Shown piece after piece: positions 8,845-19,040 of a stretch of DNA of 64,000 nucleotides (its first letter is position 1; every line of letters begins with the position of its first letter). The translations under genes were made by a program, and so were the position numbers. Where the stretch lies: NCBI GenBank assembly GCA_018818785.1, contig JAHIRF010000005.1, positions 139,790 through 203,789 of the forward strand. Reading direction: 5' to 3'. The stretch comes from Thermoplasmatota archaeon. Lineage in GTDB: Archaea > Thermoplasmatota > Thermoplasmata > UBA10834. The notes under the pieces are model-generated. The model saw only the letters and a list, made by a program, of their open reading frames with translations. It did no database searches and had not been told where the DNA came from.

Positions 8845-11800
8845 ATGAAGAAGTACTACCGAGAACCTGCCGGCGAGACCTTTTCCGGCATAGAAGAGGA
8901 GGTTCTCTCTCTCTGGGAGCGGGAGGGCATGCTGCTCGAGGTCAGGGAGCGGATGCGCAACGGTATCCCGCTGTACTTCTGCGAAGGTCCGCCGACCGCT
9001 AAGAGCCCACCCCATTTCGGGGACGCGCTCACGCGCGCGGTTAAGGACGCGTTCCTCAGATTCCACATAATGAACGGTCGAAAGGTCCTGCCCTACATAG
9101 GTGGTTGGGACTGTCATGGACTTCCAGTCGAGCTGGAGGTCGAGAGGTCTCTAGGGCTGGAGTGCAAGGAAGATATCGAGCGATACGGGATCGAACTCTT
9201 CAACGCACGATGTCGCGAGAGCGTCCTCCGTTACAAGGGCGATTGGGAGGAGATGAGCCGTAGGGTCGGCTACTGGATCGATTTCGAGAACGCCTACATG
9301 ACCATGTCTAACGAGTACATTGAGAGTGTATGGTGGTCCGTCAAACAATTGCATTCGAAGGGATTGCTGGTCAAGGACAAACAGGTCGTCCCTTACTGCC
9401 CACGGTGCGGGACCACCCTGAGCACGCACGAAGTGGCCTTGGGGTTCGGCGAGGTCGAGACCAGATTCGTCGTCGCCCGCTTCAGAATCGACACGTTAGA
9501 TGCCAGCGCTCTGGTCTACACCGAGACACCATGGACCCTAGTGGCGAACGCCCTGCTCGCGGTCGATGGAAACCAACGATATGTGCTTATCGAATCATCG
9601 GGCGAGAGGTTACTCCTGAGCGACCGTAGCTCGAGGGCATTGTTGCCTTCATGCAAGGTGCTTCGCACCTTCTCAGGCACGGAGCTGGTCGGTCTATCCT
9701 ATGTTCCACCGTTCGATTACTCGGGGCGGCCCAGCGATTCGTTCAGGATCGTTCATTCCGACGAGGTCACCAAAGAGGAGGGCACCGGGATAATGCACGT
9801 GTGCCCTGCCTGCAGCTCGATAGATTTCGAGATATCAGCGGCCGAGGGACTCGAATTGTTCGATCCGGTCGACGATACCGCAAGGTTCACACAGAAGATC
9901 CCCGAACTCGCTGGCAAGTCGGTCACAGGTTCGAGCACCGAAGTGATACGAATGCTCGAGGGTTCAGGGTCGTTGTTCAAATGGGGTCTGATGAAACGGT
10001 CATCACCTTTCTGCTGGAGGTGTCAGACCCCGCTGATCTACAAGCTTAGGGACGCCTGGCTCATAAAGGCATCAGATGTGAAGGACGAGATGTCTCGATT
10101 GAACGAGAAGATCCGATGGGTGCCTGAGACCTTCCAGGACCTCAGGTTCGGAAACTTCATCGCTGACGCCAAAGACTGGGCCGTTAGCCGGAGTCGGTAC
10201 TGGGGGACTCCGCTGCCCATCTGGAGGTGCACGGAGGGCCACGAACATTGCGTGGGTTCGGTCCAGGAGCTAAGGGAGATGTCTGAGCTCCCGGTTCCAG
10301 ATGGATTGGACCTGCACCGTCCCTTCGTGGATGATATCACCCTGAGGTGCCCACAATGTGGCAAGAGCATGAAGCGTGAGGAATTCGTCCTTGACTGCTG
10401 GTACGATTCCGGGTGCGCGCCATTCGCTCAACATCACTACCCGTTCGAGAACAAGGATGCGTTCGATTCGCACAGGTCTTTGGATTTCATATCGGAATCG
10501 GTGGACCAGACTCGTGGGTGGTTCTACACACAGCATGTGCTGAGCACCCTGCTGTTCGATGCCCCTGCGTTCACTTCCGTTCTGGTGATGGGCAACGTGC
10601 TAGGTGCCGATGGGAAGAAGATGAGAAACGTGCACAAGAACACGGTATCGCCGTCAGAGGTGTTCTCATCCATCGGTGCGGATGCATCAAGATTCTATCT
10701 CTTGGGAAGCCCGACATGGGAATCCATTCAATTCTCAGAGGAGGATGTGAGGAAGACGATGGTCGGCACGCTCAAGACGCTCCTTAATGTCTACGCCTTC
10801 TACGCTTCCAATGCCAACGCCTATGGTTACACTGGCCAGGATGCCGAAGCCAAGACACACGACCTGGACACGTGGATCCTCTCCAGATTGAACACTACCA
10901 TAGTTGATGCCAGAAACGGGTTCGACGACCTCGAGGTCCATTGGGCGGTGAACTCTATCATGAAGTTCGTAGAGGATTTGAGTAATTGGTATGTTCGCAG
11001 ATCCAGGCGCAGGTTCTGGGTCGATAGCGATCCGCTCGACCGCTTCTCCGCGCATTCCACGCTCCACGAATGCCTCATGACATTGTCCATGATAATGGCC
11101 CCGATCACACCTTTCTTCGCGGACTGGCTCTACAGAAATCTGAAAGGGGCAAAGGGGAGCGTGCATCTCGAGGACTATCCGGTCTCGGGCGAGGAACATT
11201 CCAACAGACCGCTCGAACTGCAGATGTCCGTTGTTCGGAGGGCGGTGGAAGCTGGCCGCCTGGCCCGTCAGAACGCTAACATCAAGCTGAGGCAGCCGCT
11301 AGAGGAGGTCGTGATAGCCGCCAGCAGAGACGATGTCTGGACGCTACGCAGATATGAGAAGATGATCTCCGAGGAACTGAATGTCAGATCTGTGAAGTGC
11401 ATGGAATCTCGGGAGAGCATGGTGGAGTATGCCATATCGGCGAACCTCAGGACCCTTGGCCCGAGGTTCAAGGAAGGGGCCGAAGAGGTTTCGAAGCTGC
11501 TAGAGATGGTCGACGGCAGCGAACTGGTGAAGCATCTGAAGGCGAAGGGAAGGCTGCGCCTGGGAGGTTACGACCTCTACGAGGAGGATGTCATCATCAG
11601 CGAGACGCAGAAACCAGGATACACCCACGCATCGATGGATGACCTGCACGTCTACTTCTCGACCCAGATCAACACGAAGCTCAAGATGGACGGCCTGGCG
11701 AGAGAGGTCATCAGGCGCGTCCAGCACATGCGCAAGGCGCAGGGCCTGGCCTTTGACGACCTAGTGGTCGTGGAGTATTCGGCCCATCCGGACATCGAAG

Positions 11801-11937
11801 CCGCTATCGTCGCCCACAAGTCGCGCCTGGAGACGGAGACGCATGCGAAATCCTATTCGAAGGCCACCTCACTCCAAGGGGCCAAGAAGTGGACGGTCAA
11901 CAAGATGCCACTAGAACTGGTGGTCAGGATACTTTGA
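8845..11937 (+). CDS. ileS: isoleucyl-tRNA synthetase with atypical HIGH and KMSKS signatures
   Basis: Full-length class-I IleRS. GWDCHGLPVE, the editing-domain TPWTL motif and a Zn-knuckle CPRCG/CPQCG are present. The GGAGGG Shine-Dalgarno favours ATG 8845 over the TTG at 8827. HIGH reads PPHFGD and KMSKS reads KMRNV. Confidence 0.85.
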   Translation: MKKYYREPAGETFSGIEEEVLSLWEREGMLLEVRERMRNGIPLYFCEGPPTAKSPPHFGDALTRAVKDAFLRFHIMNGRKVLPYIGGWDCHGLPVELEVERSLGLECKEDIERYGIELFNARCRESVLRYKGDWEEMSRRVGYWIDFENAYMTMSNEYIESVWWSVKQLHSKGLLVKDKQVVPYCPRCGTTLSTHEVALGFGEVETRFVVARFRIDTLDASALVYTETPWTLVANALLAVDGNQRYVLIESSGERLLLSDRSSRALLPSCKVLRTFSGTELVGLSYVPPFDYSGRPSDSFRIVHSDEVTKEEGTGIMHVCPACSSIDFEISAAEGLELFDPVDDTARFTQKIPELAGKSVTGSSTEVIRMLEGSGSLFKWGLMKRSSPFCWRCQTPLIYKLRDAWLIKASDVKDEMSRLNEKIRWVPETFQDLRFGNFIADAKDWAVSRSRYWGTPLPIWRCTEGHEHCVGSVQELREMSELPVPDGLDLHRPFVDDITLRCPQCGKSMKREEFVLDCWYDSGCAPFAQHHYPFENKDAFDSHRSLDFISESVDQTRGWFYTQHVLSTLLFDAPAFTSVLVMGNVLGADGKKMRNVHKNTVSPSEVFSSIGADASRFYLLGSPTWESIQFSEEDVRKTMVGTLKTLLNVYAFYASNANAYGYTGQDAEAKTHDLDTWILSRLNTTIVDARNGFDDLEVHWAVNSIMKFVEDLSNWYVRRSRRRFWVDSDPLDRFSAHSTLHECLMTLSMIMAPITPFFADWLYRNLKGAKGSVHLEDYPVSGEEHSNRPLELQMSVVRRAVEAGRLARQNANIKLRQPLEEVVIAASRDDVWTLRRYEKMISEELNVRSVKCMESRESMVEYAISANLRTLGPRFKEGAEEVSKLLEMVDGSELVKHLKAKGRLRLGGYDLYEEDVIISETQKPGYTHASMDDLHVYFSTQINTKLKMDGLAREVIRRVQHMRKAQGLAFDDLVVVEYSAHPDIEAAIVAHKSRLETETHAKSYSKATSLQGAKKWTVNKMPLELVVRIL

Positions 11938-12406
11938 CCCTCTTCTTCGGTCCCTTGGATATCGATTTCTCCATCATGTATGCGTGCTTCTTGGCGCCGT
12001 AATAATCTTTCGCCATGGTCTTCAGAACATACCCGTGTTTGAGGTATAGGCTGATGGCCGGGGTGTTCTCTATGCCGACCTCGAGGCCACACCGGCGAAC
12101 CCCCAGGACAATCATCTTTTTCTCGCATTCAATCAATAGGCGCGAAGCCAACCCCTTCTCGCGTCTGCCATCCAGGACTGCGATGGATGCGATGCGTCCT
12201 TCCCCGCACCTCTTCGAGAACATGCACATGGCTGCCCCTACGATCATCTGTTCATCGACCGCGACCAATGCGATGGTATCGTTCCTGACGATGAATGCGG
12301 TGACGGTCTCCTGCTCGAACCGTCTCTCATCGAAACATTCCGCCTCCAAGCGCATGATGCCTGGTAGGTCTTTCATGGTGGCGATCCTCACCTTCACAGA
12401 TGGCAT
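11924..12406 (-). CDS. GNAT N-acetyltransferase (RimI-like)
   Basis: IRIATMKDLPGIMRLE at the N-terminus and an acetyl-CoA motif RREKGLASRLL. Start set at the internal ATG 12406, because the longer ORF overlaps the asnS start. Convergent 14-nt overlap with the ileS 3' end. Confidence 0.6.
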   Translation of the reverse strand: MPSVKVRIATMKDLPGIMRLEAECFDERRFEQETVTAFIVRNDTIALVAVDEQMIVGAAMCMFSKRCGEGRIASIAVLDGRREKGLASRLLIECEKKMIVLGVRRCGLEVGIENTPAISLYLKHGYVLKTMAKDYYGAKKHAYMMEKSISKGPKKRVKVS

Positions 12407-12479
12407 ACAACACTGCTTCGATATGTTCGTTGCGCTTCTTCCGAAGGGCTTATATTCGCCATGGGACTTCAGCATCTGG

Positions 12480-13769
12480 ATGGTCTCCATAAAGAACGCC
12501 GTCTCAGAAAAAATGGTAGGCAAGACTGTCCAGGTACGTGGATGGGTCTACCGCACCAGGAGCAGCGGCGGTATCGCTTTCGTCGTCATGCGTGATTCGA
12601 CGGGCATAGCCCAGGTCACTGTGAAGAAGGGTTCTGTCCCGGATGAGGACTTCGTCTCAGCCACCGATAACGGTATCGAGTCCTCGGCCATAGTCGAAGG
12701 GACCGTCGCGGAGGACAAGCGCGCACCGGGTGGCTATGAGATACGCGCAAGTCGGTTCATTCTGGTAGGAAAGGCCGAGCCGTTCCCAATCACTGAATAT
12801 CAAAGCACCGAGCTTCTGCTGGACCTGAGGCATCTATGGATCCGATCCCGGGAACAAACCGCGATCATGAGGATCAAGGATTCGCTTCTAAGGGGAGCAC
12901 GCAACTGGTTCCATGAGAACGATTACACCGAAGTGACACCCCCTATCATAACAGGGGTCGCTGCAGAGGACAGTACCAGCCTGTTCCAGATAAAGTACTT
13001 CGACAGGATAGCGTTCTTATCACAAAGTGCACAGTTCTATCTGGAATCGCTCATATTCTCGTGCGACAAGGTTTGGGCCCTCACCCCATCTTTCAGAGCG
13101 GAGAAGTCGAGAACCCCCAGACATTTGGCGGAATTCTGGCATCTCGAGATGGAAGCAGCCTGGCTGACGAACGAGGAGAACATGCAGGTGCAGGAGCAGA
13201 TGGTGACCGCCATGCTGCACAATGTGGCGGACGAATGTCCCGACGAGCTCGCGATGTTCAAGCGTGACCCAGCGGCCCTGAAGAAGATCGTGCCACCGTT
13301 CGATAGAATGCCTTACGGAGAGGCCATGCAGTACCTGCAAGGCAAAGGGTTCGACATGTCCTGGGGAGACGACCTGGGCGCAGTCGAAGAGCGCGAGCTG
13401 ACCAAGGATCGCACCATCCCGATGTTCGTGGTGAACTATCCGAAGGAGCTCAAACCGTTCTACATGAAGGAAAACCCGGATGACCCGCGCACATACAAGA
13501 ACAGCGACTTGCTGGCGCCGGAAGGCTTCGGCGAGATCATCGGCGGCAGCGAGAGAGAGACGGACAACGAACTCATCCTCGAGAGATTGCGTGAGAAGGG
13601 CGAACCCTTGGAGAACTACAGCTGGTATCTGGATCTCAGAAGGTACGGGTCGGTCCCGCACTCCGGGTTCGGTCTGGGAACGGAGAGGATCGTAACATGG
13701 ATATGCGGTCTAGATCACATCCGCGACGCGATACCATTCCCGCGCACAGTGTCCAGGGTGTTCCCCTAG
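12480..13769 (+). CDS. asnS: asparaginyl-tRNA synthetase
   Basis: Collinear with archaeal AsnRS: class-II motifs FRAEKSRTPRHLAEFWHLE, GGSERE and GFGLGTERIVTW. The ORF-track N-terminal extension from 12015 is rejected. Confidence 0.85.
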   Translation: MVSIKNAVSEKMVGKTVQVRGWVYRTRSSGGIAFVVMRDSTGIAQVTVKKGSVPDEDFVSATDNGIESSAIVEGTVAEDKRAPGGYEIRASRFILVGKAEPFPITEYQSTELLLDLRHLWIRSREQTAIMRIKDSLLRGARNWFHENDYTEVTPPIITGVAAEDSTSLFQIKYFDRIAFLSQSAQFYLESLIFSCDKVWALTPSFRAEKSRTPRHLAEFWHLEMEAAWLTNEENMQVQEQMVTAMLHNVADECPDELAMFKRDPAALKKIVPPFDRMPYGEAMQYLQGKGFDMSWGDDLGAVEERELTKDRTIPMFVVNYPKELKPFYMKENPDDPRTYKNSDLLAPEGFGEIIGGSERETDNELILERLREKGEPLENYSWYLDLRRYGSVPHSGFGLGTERIVTWICGLDHIRDAIPFPRTVSRVFP

Positions 13770-13781
13770 AACACCTTCGGA

Positions 13782-14828
13782 TCAGAGTCCTGCCATCTTG
13801 GCGCAGTAATCTGCATAGATCCTTGCTGCCTTCGCGACGTCCTCGACCTTGATCCATTCGTCTGGAATGTGACACGACGTCGGATCGCCAGGTCCGCATA
13901 TCATGAGCTTGTCATTGGCTGACTTGAACATCACCATCTCGGTGGCGTAGGGCACCGCGAGCACCTTCGTGTCCGGCCCTATGACCTCCTTTAAGGTCGT
14001 GACAGCTTCTATCGAAGGGTCAGTTCCGACAGGGTCGAGTTCGTGAAGTATCTTGATCTCGTATCCGTCATCGCCTATCCTCTTCCTCACCTCGTCAAGC
14101 ACGGCCGAGGTGTTCATCTCCGGAGGATATCTGACATCCACCTCGACGACGCACTCCGCCGGTATCACGTTCGTCGCCGTGCCTCCTCTTATGACGTCCA
14201 CGGTGAGGGTCATATGCTCGACCGGGTCCTCTGGAGGTATCTGGAGGTCCTTCATCTTCTGCAGGAGATCCACCATCTTGACTATCGCATTCTCGCCGAG
14301 GTGCGGCATGCTCGCATGCGCAGACTTCCCATCCGTGCATATCTCGAATTGTACCAGTCCCTTCTCCCGTATGACTATGTCGAAGTCAGTGGCCTCGGTG
14401 ACCATCACAGCCGGAGCGTTCTTCACCGCGGGGTCGATCGAAGCCGCGGCTGCGCCTGCCATCGAAGTCTCCTCATCGGTCGTGAAGCACAGCGAGAACG
14501 GTGTCTTCGCCTTGACCATCTCCTCTGCCGCTAGCAGCATGGCCACACAGCCGCCCTTCATGTCCCCCGTACCGCGACCGTAGAGGACGCCATCGATCAT
14601 CTCTCCCTGCTTCTTCGTCCATCCAGTAGTGCCTATAGGGACGGTATCTAGATGACCTGACAACATCACGCCGTTCTCCATGAACTGGCCTATCATCGCT
14701 GGGTTGTCTTTGGAGCCGTAGTTCCTGACATGCATCCCCAGCTCCTTCATCACCTTCGTCACATAGTTCGTGACTGGCTGCATGGAATCGTTCTCCGCCG
14801 ATCTGATCAGTACTAGTTCTGTGAGCAT
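13782..14828 (-). CDS. M20-family metallopeptidase (ArgE/DapE-like deacylase)
   Basis: GHLDTVP, GRGTGDMKGG and a dimerisation-domain pattern. An alternative TTG start lies at 14849. Confidence 0.7.
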   Translation of the reverse strand: MLTELVLIRSAENDSMQPVTNYVTKVMKELGMHVRNYGSKDNPAMIGQFMENGVMLSGHLDTVPIGTTGWTKKQGEMIDGVLYGRGTGDMKGGCVAMLLAAEEMVKAKTPFSLCFTTDEETSMAGAAAASIDPAVKNAPAVMVTEATDFDIVIREKGLVQFEICTDGKSAHASMPHLGENAIVKMVDLLQKMKDLQIPPEDPVEHMTLTVDVIRGGTATNVIPAECVVEVDVRYPPEMNTSAVLDEVRKRIGDDGYEIKILHELDPVGTDPSIEAVTTLKEVIGPDTKVLAVPYATEMVMFKSANDKLMICGPGDPTSCHIPDEWIKVEDVAKAARIYADYCAKMAGL

Positions 14829-14853
14829 CTTCTCCGCTTTGCTTATCAAAGTA

Positions 14854-15891
14854 TCACCGTGTCTTCTTGCCCGCGATCCGTTCGGATATCGCCACGATCA
14901 GCCTGGATAGGTTTTGCAGGTCCTTTAGGCTGGCGCATTCGGTCGGAGAATGCGTGTACCTCATAGGTATCCCGAGGGGCATCATGAGCGCGCCGAAATC
15001 TTGCATGACCGCGCCATCCGTAGCTCCCCCGCCTGTGCCATATTGCAGAGGTATCTTCTTCTCCTTGGCGACCGCCTCGATCATCTTGCGCAGCCTAGGG
15101 GATGCGATGGCAGCGTGATCCAGCATCCTCAGCGCAGGTCCGCTGCCAAGCAATATCCTTTCATAGGCGTCGCCCTGCATCGGTCCGTCCGTGGTCGTCA
15201 TCGTATCGACGGCGAATACATAGTCGGGCCTCATCGAGAAACCCACGACCTTGGCCCCCTTGAGCCCTATCTCCTCCTGCACGCTCCAGACGAATACGAG
15301 CTTGACTGGCAGCTTCCTCTTCCTGAGGATATCGATCGCGTCCAAGAGGATGGCGCAACCCGCGCGGTTGTCTATGCCGCGCGCGCATATGAGGTCTCTT
15401 CCGATGTATGACACATCCTTCTTGAAGACCATCGGGTCCAGGATCCTTATCCCGAGCTTCTCCGTCTCCTTCCTGCTCCTGGTTCCGACATCGACCCTGA
15501 CGTCCTCCCAGCTGACGGCCTTCTTCTTATCGTCACTCTCGGTCATCAGGTGAGGGGGTTTCAGACCGATCACCCCGTTCACGGTCCCCTTCTCGGTCTT
15601 GATCTCGACCACCCTGCCGACGAGTGTGCGGTCGTCTATCCCACCGATCTTGCGTATCCTTATGGACCCGTCGTTCTCGAGCTTGCTGACGATGAGCCCG
15701 AGTTCGTCCATGTGCGCTATGAGCACGACCTTGGGACCAGTGTCCCCGATGGTGCAGATCAAATTCCCTATGTTGTCCTCCTCGGTCTTCAGCCCCATCG
15801 CTTCGACCTTGGACCTGATGAACTCCCTTATCTCGTCCTCGAACCCGGACACCCCGGGCACGTGAATCATCTCTTCCAGTAACTCCTTCAT
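14854..15891 (-). CDS. M42-family (TET/FrvX-like) aminopeptidase
   Basis: HMDELGLIV and the typical M42 order of metal ligands. 4-nt overlap with gcvT suggests an operon. Confidence 0.75.
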   Translation of the reverse strand: MKELLEEMIHVPGVSGFEDEIREFIRSKVEAMGLKTEEDNIGNLICTIGDTGPKVVLIAHMDELGLIVSKLENDGSIRIRKIGGIDDRTLVGRVVEIKTEKGTVNGVIGLKPPHLMTESDDKKKAVSWEDVRVDVGTRSRKETEKLGIRILDPMVFKKDVSYIGRDLICARGIDNRAGCAILLDAIDILRKRKLPVKLVFVWSVQEEIGLKGAKVVGFSMRPDYVFAVDTMTTTDGPMQGDAYERILLGSGPALRMLDHAAIASPRLRKMIEAVAKEKKIPLQYGTGGGATDGAVMQDFGALMMPLGIPMRYTHSPTECASLKDLQNLSRLIVAISERIAGKKTR

Positions 15892-17045
15892 TCTAAGCCC
15901 CCCTTGACGAACGGTGGCTTGACCACCTCTGCGGATACTAGCGTGTCCCGCACCTTAATCTCGGCCTTCGTGCCGACCTTGGACATCCCGATGGGAACAT
16001 ATCCCATGGCGATGCCCTTCCTGAGCACCGGGGACAGCGTACCGCTCGTGACCCTGCCCACCTTGCTCCCATCCATCATGATATCGTAACCGTGTCTGGG
16101 TATACCCCTGTCCGTGGCCATCATGCAGACCAGCTTGTCGTAGTCCTTAGAGGCCTTCTGCTCCTCCAGCACGCTCTTGCCGAGGAAATCGTGCTTCCAA
16201 TCGACGACCCACGAAGGCCCGGTCTGAAGGCTCGTCTGAGCCCCCTCGAAATCTGTGCCGGACAACAGCAGCGCCTTCTCGAGTCTGAGCGTGTCCCTCG
16301 CGCCCAGACCGATCGGCTCGACCCCGAACGCCTTGCCCCTCTCGAGCACTGCTCTCCATACATCCACGGCATCTGCGTTCTCGCATATGATCTCGAAACC
16401 GTCCTCTCCAGTGTAACCGGTCCTTGAGACGAGCGCCTTTATCCCATCTCCAGGGCCGTTGCGATACTCCCTTCCCTTCAGGAGTTCGGTCTCGGGTTCC
16501 GAGCCACGCGTCTGGATACGGTCCAGCCGCGCGAACGCCGCCCAGAAGAAACCGACCTTCGACAGGTCGACAGTGGTCAGGCTGGCGAGCACATCCTTCG
16601 CGGTAGGTCCCTGGACCGCGATGGCTGCCAGATCCATGGACATATCCACGAGCTCCTGGCTCTTGAGATGGCTATCGACCCACTTCCTCATCTTCGAGGT
16701 CGTCGCCGCGTTCGGAACCATGAAGTATTCGTCAGGTCCGAGGGGCGTGGCGATCGTATCGTCCAATATGTGCCCGTGTTCGTCCAGCAGATGTGAGTAA
16801 ACGCATTTGCCCTGTGGGGCTCTCCGTACATCGTTCGTCATGAGCGTGTCGATGAGATCGCCGACACCCTCACCTCTGATTATAAAATCCCCCATGTGGG
16901 ACACATCGAAGGCACCACATGATTTTCGAACCGTCAAGTGCTCCTCGATGACTGACCTGTACTGGATGGGCATCTCCCATCCGGCGAACCAGACCATCTT
17001 CCCTCCGAGCGCGACATGTTCGCCGTGAAGAGGCGTCCTGTTCAT
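15888..17045 (-). CDS. gcvT: glycine cleavage system T protein (aminomethyltransferase)
   Basis: GcvT-like N-terminus (LHGEHVALGGKMVWFAGWEMPIQY) and full length of about 385 aa. Confidence 0.85.
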   Translation of the reverse strand: MNRTPLHGEHVALGGKMVWFAGWEMPIQYRSVIEEHLTVRKSCGAFDVSHMGDFIIRGEGVGDLIDTLMTNDVRRAPQGKCVYSHLLDEHGHILDDTIATPLGPDEYFMVPNAATTSKMRKWVDSHLKSQELVDMSMDLAAIAVQGPTAKDVLASLTTVDLSKVGFFWAAFARLDRIQTRGSEPETELLKGREYRNGPGDGIKALVSRTGYTGEDGFEIICENADAVDVWRAVLERGKAFGVEPIGLGARDTLRLEKALLLSGTDFEGAQTSLQTGPSWVVDWKHDFLGKSVLEEQKASKDYDKLVCMMATDRGIPRHGYDIMMDGSKVGRVTSGTLSPVLRKGIAMGYVPIGMSKVGTKAEIKVRDTLVSAEVVKPPFVKGGLE

Positions 17046-17115
17046 GCAACGGAATCGGACTAGTTATGCAAAAGCTTTGGGAACATAATCAAAAGATTCG
17101 CCAGATAAACGACCC

Positions 17116-17685
17116 TCAACGATATTGGTCGATCAGCTTCATCATGTCCTTCTCGAGGCCGACGCTCATGGCTGGAGCCTCGATCACCTCTACGTTCCTC
17201 TCAAGAAGCGCCAGCTCCTTCTCGCTGAAGGCGTCGGGGCTTATCGGTATCAGGACCACGGACTTGCTCTGCATGACCTGTTCGTTTATGTGCTCGGCGA
17301 ACCTGAGCACCTGCTGGAACCCGTTGTTTATGACAAGGTACTCGAGCCCGTCAACGATGACGACGCACCTCTCGTACCTCTCGATGAACGAAGAGATCAT
17401 GGTCGCGAGTGTGCCTATGCTAGTAGGGTTGTGATGGTCCTTGCCTGGGGTGTGGCTCAACCACAGGATGCGCGTGTCGCCCAAGTCGAAAGCCTCCTTG
17501 ACTTTCTCAGGGTACTGACGGGTGACGCATAATCCCGGAATGCTCTCAGAAATCGCGTTTTCAAACAGCCTGTAGGATAGGAAAGGCTTCCGCTCCCTGA
17601 CTACGTAACACATTCCCGCTTCGGGACGGATCAGCTCCATCTGGCTGGAGTTCTTCTCCTCCGAACCGATGTCCTTGTCCTCCAC
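17116..17685 (-). CDS. DUF835-domain protein
   Basis: CVTRQYPEK...RILWLS pattern typical of DUF835. GTG start at 17685, with TATA-like atatataaat about 25 nt upstream, so probably a leaderless mRNA. Confidence 0.45.
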   Translation of the reverse strand: MEDKDIGSEEKNSSQMELIRPEAGMCYVVRERKPFLSYRLFENAISESIPGLCVTRQYPEKVKEAFDLGDTRILWLSHTPGKDHHNPTSIGTLATMISSFIERYERCVVIVDGLEYLVINNGFQQVLRFAEHINEQVMQSKSVVLIPISPDAFSEKELALLERNVEVIEAPAMSVGLEKDMMKLIDQYR

Positions 17686-17753
17686 GATGTGTGTGACTGA
17701 AACGGCCCTATTTATATATTGGCATTCCTGGCAATTTAACCGCTCGGTAATCG

Positions 17754-18923
17754 TCAGATAGATTCATCTAGCATCTGCGAAACCTTCTGCTGAAGAACCT
17801 TCGCCGGGATGTCTAGAAGGGTTATGACTGTCGTCTTTCCAGATATGCCTAGCCCACTCTTCTTGGCGCTCACGACGCCGAGCGTGTCAAGATCCTTCAT
17901 CAATGTCCAGAACGCGGTGTGTGCCCGCGGCTTCTCGTCGTACTCCTCGCACGCGACGCTATAGGCCGATTCCGCGTCCTTGGTCGTTATGTATGCCTTG
18001 CCCTTGGATGCCCTCGCGATCCCAAGGAGCGTGAGCTTCTGATGCTTATCGAGGCAGCTCAACTTCGATTCGGTTATGGAGCTGTAAGCCTCGGCCTTAG
18101 CTCCCCTTACGTGCTCCACATTGATCATGCCCTGCCTTTCCTCATCGGCCAGCATGCCTGCCTTCTCCAGGATCTCGATAGCGAATCTAGCATCACCCCA
18201 TTCGGAGGAAACCTCTGCCATGAGGTCGACGGAATCATCGTCCACGGAACCTTCGTGCAGCGCGAGTTCGGCTCTCTGGGCTATTATGTCCCTCAGCTCC
18301 TCGCAGGTGTATTTCCCGAACTCGACCACATTGGTCCGCTTGAATGTGCTGGCAGATGCTGGATCGATCATATCGAAGATGTTCTTCTGCGATATCAGTA
18401 TGACCGAAACGAGTGGTCTGGAGTCGACCTTCTCTTCGCCGAACCGCGTGAGTTTGTATATTATGTCCGGGCCGGCCTTCTTCAGGAGCACGTCGGCTTC
18501 ATCGAGGGCCACGACCAGATGTATTTTGCGCTTCTCGAGATCCTTCCTGAGGATGCTGAGCATCTCAGTTATGCTGAAACCTCTGTCAGGGAAGTTGGGC
18601 TGGAAGTGGTTCACTATCTGCAGGACCACGGCGGATTCGCTGTTCCTCTGCCTGCAGTTGACGATGGTCCAATCGATTGCCACTTGCTTCTTCTCGCCGT
18701 GCTCCTTGAGATCCATGCAGAATCTCTTGGCAGTGGCCGTCTTGCCGGTTCCAACGCTGCCCATGAGCATGGCGTTCTGCGAGGCATTCTCCTCGAAGAC
18801 GGGCCTGAAGAGCATGACCAGTTTCCGCATATGCGTCTCTCTGTGCACGAGTTTGGGCGGAACGTAGTCGAACGACAGAGTACGTTGATCCTTGAAAACG
18901 CTCTTACCAATAGATTCCCACAT
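17754..18923 (-). CDS. cdc6: Orc1/Cdc6 replication initiator (AAA+ plus winged helix)
   Basis: Walker A GSVGTGKT, Walker B LVVALDEAD, C-terminal winged-helix region. Confidence 0.85.
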   Translation of the reverse strand: MWESIGKSVFKDQRTLSFDYVPPKLVHRETHMRKLVMLFRPVFEENASQNAMLMGSVGTGKTATAKRFCMDLKEHGEKKQVAIDWTIVNCRQRNSESAVVLQIVNHFQPNFPDRGFSITEMLSILRKDLEKRKIHLVVALDEADVLLKKAGPDIIYKLTRFGEEKVDSRPLVSVILISQKNIFDMIDPASASTFKRTNVVEFGKYTCEELRDIIAQRAELALHEGSVDDDSVDLMAEVSSEWGDARFAIEILEKAGMLADEERQGMINVEHVRGAKAEAYSSITESKLSCLDKHQKLTLLGIARASKGKAYITTKDAESAYSVACEEYDEKPRAHTAFWTLMKDLDTLGVVSAKKSGLGISGKTTVITLLDIPAKVLQQKVSQMLDESI

Positions 18924-18993
18924 CTGACTCCGCCTGAGGACTCGGCTGGCTATCTACTTCGCCGTATTTTAAAGGATTCGCGCCGATGAGCTC

Positions 18994-19009
18994 AGGCAAA
19001 TGATTTTAT
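18994..19009 (+). promoter_or_regulatory. promoter-like motif CAGGCAAATGATTTTA (BRE/TATA candidate)
   Basis: Near-identical 16-mer also at 21638-21653. Each lies about 32 nt upstream of a start codon. Confidence 0.35.
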
Positions 19010-19040
19010 GCCAATACGTCGGTCGAAGGGCGGTGTGAGG

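Noticed and set aside
12015-12479. 155-codon N-terminal extension of the asnS ORF
   Set aside because: It is antisense to the GNAT gene and has an Arg/Pro/Ser-rich, non-protein-like composition. AsnRS homology begins at ATG 12480.
18924-19040. Possible replication origin next to orc1/cdc6
   Set aside because: The intergenic space is only about 115 nt. It has no visible AT-rich unwinding element and no repeated ORB-like inverted repeats. An origin may lie elsewhere.
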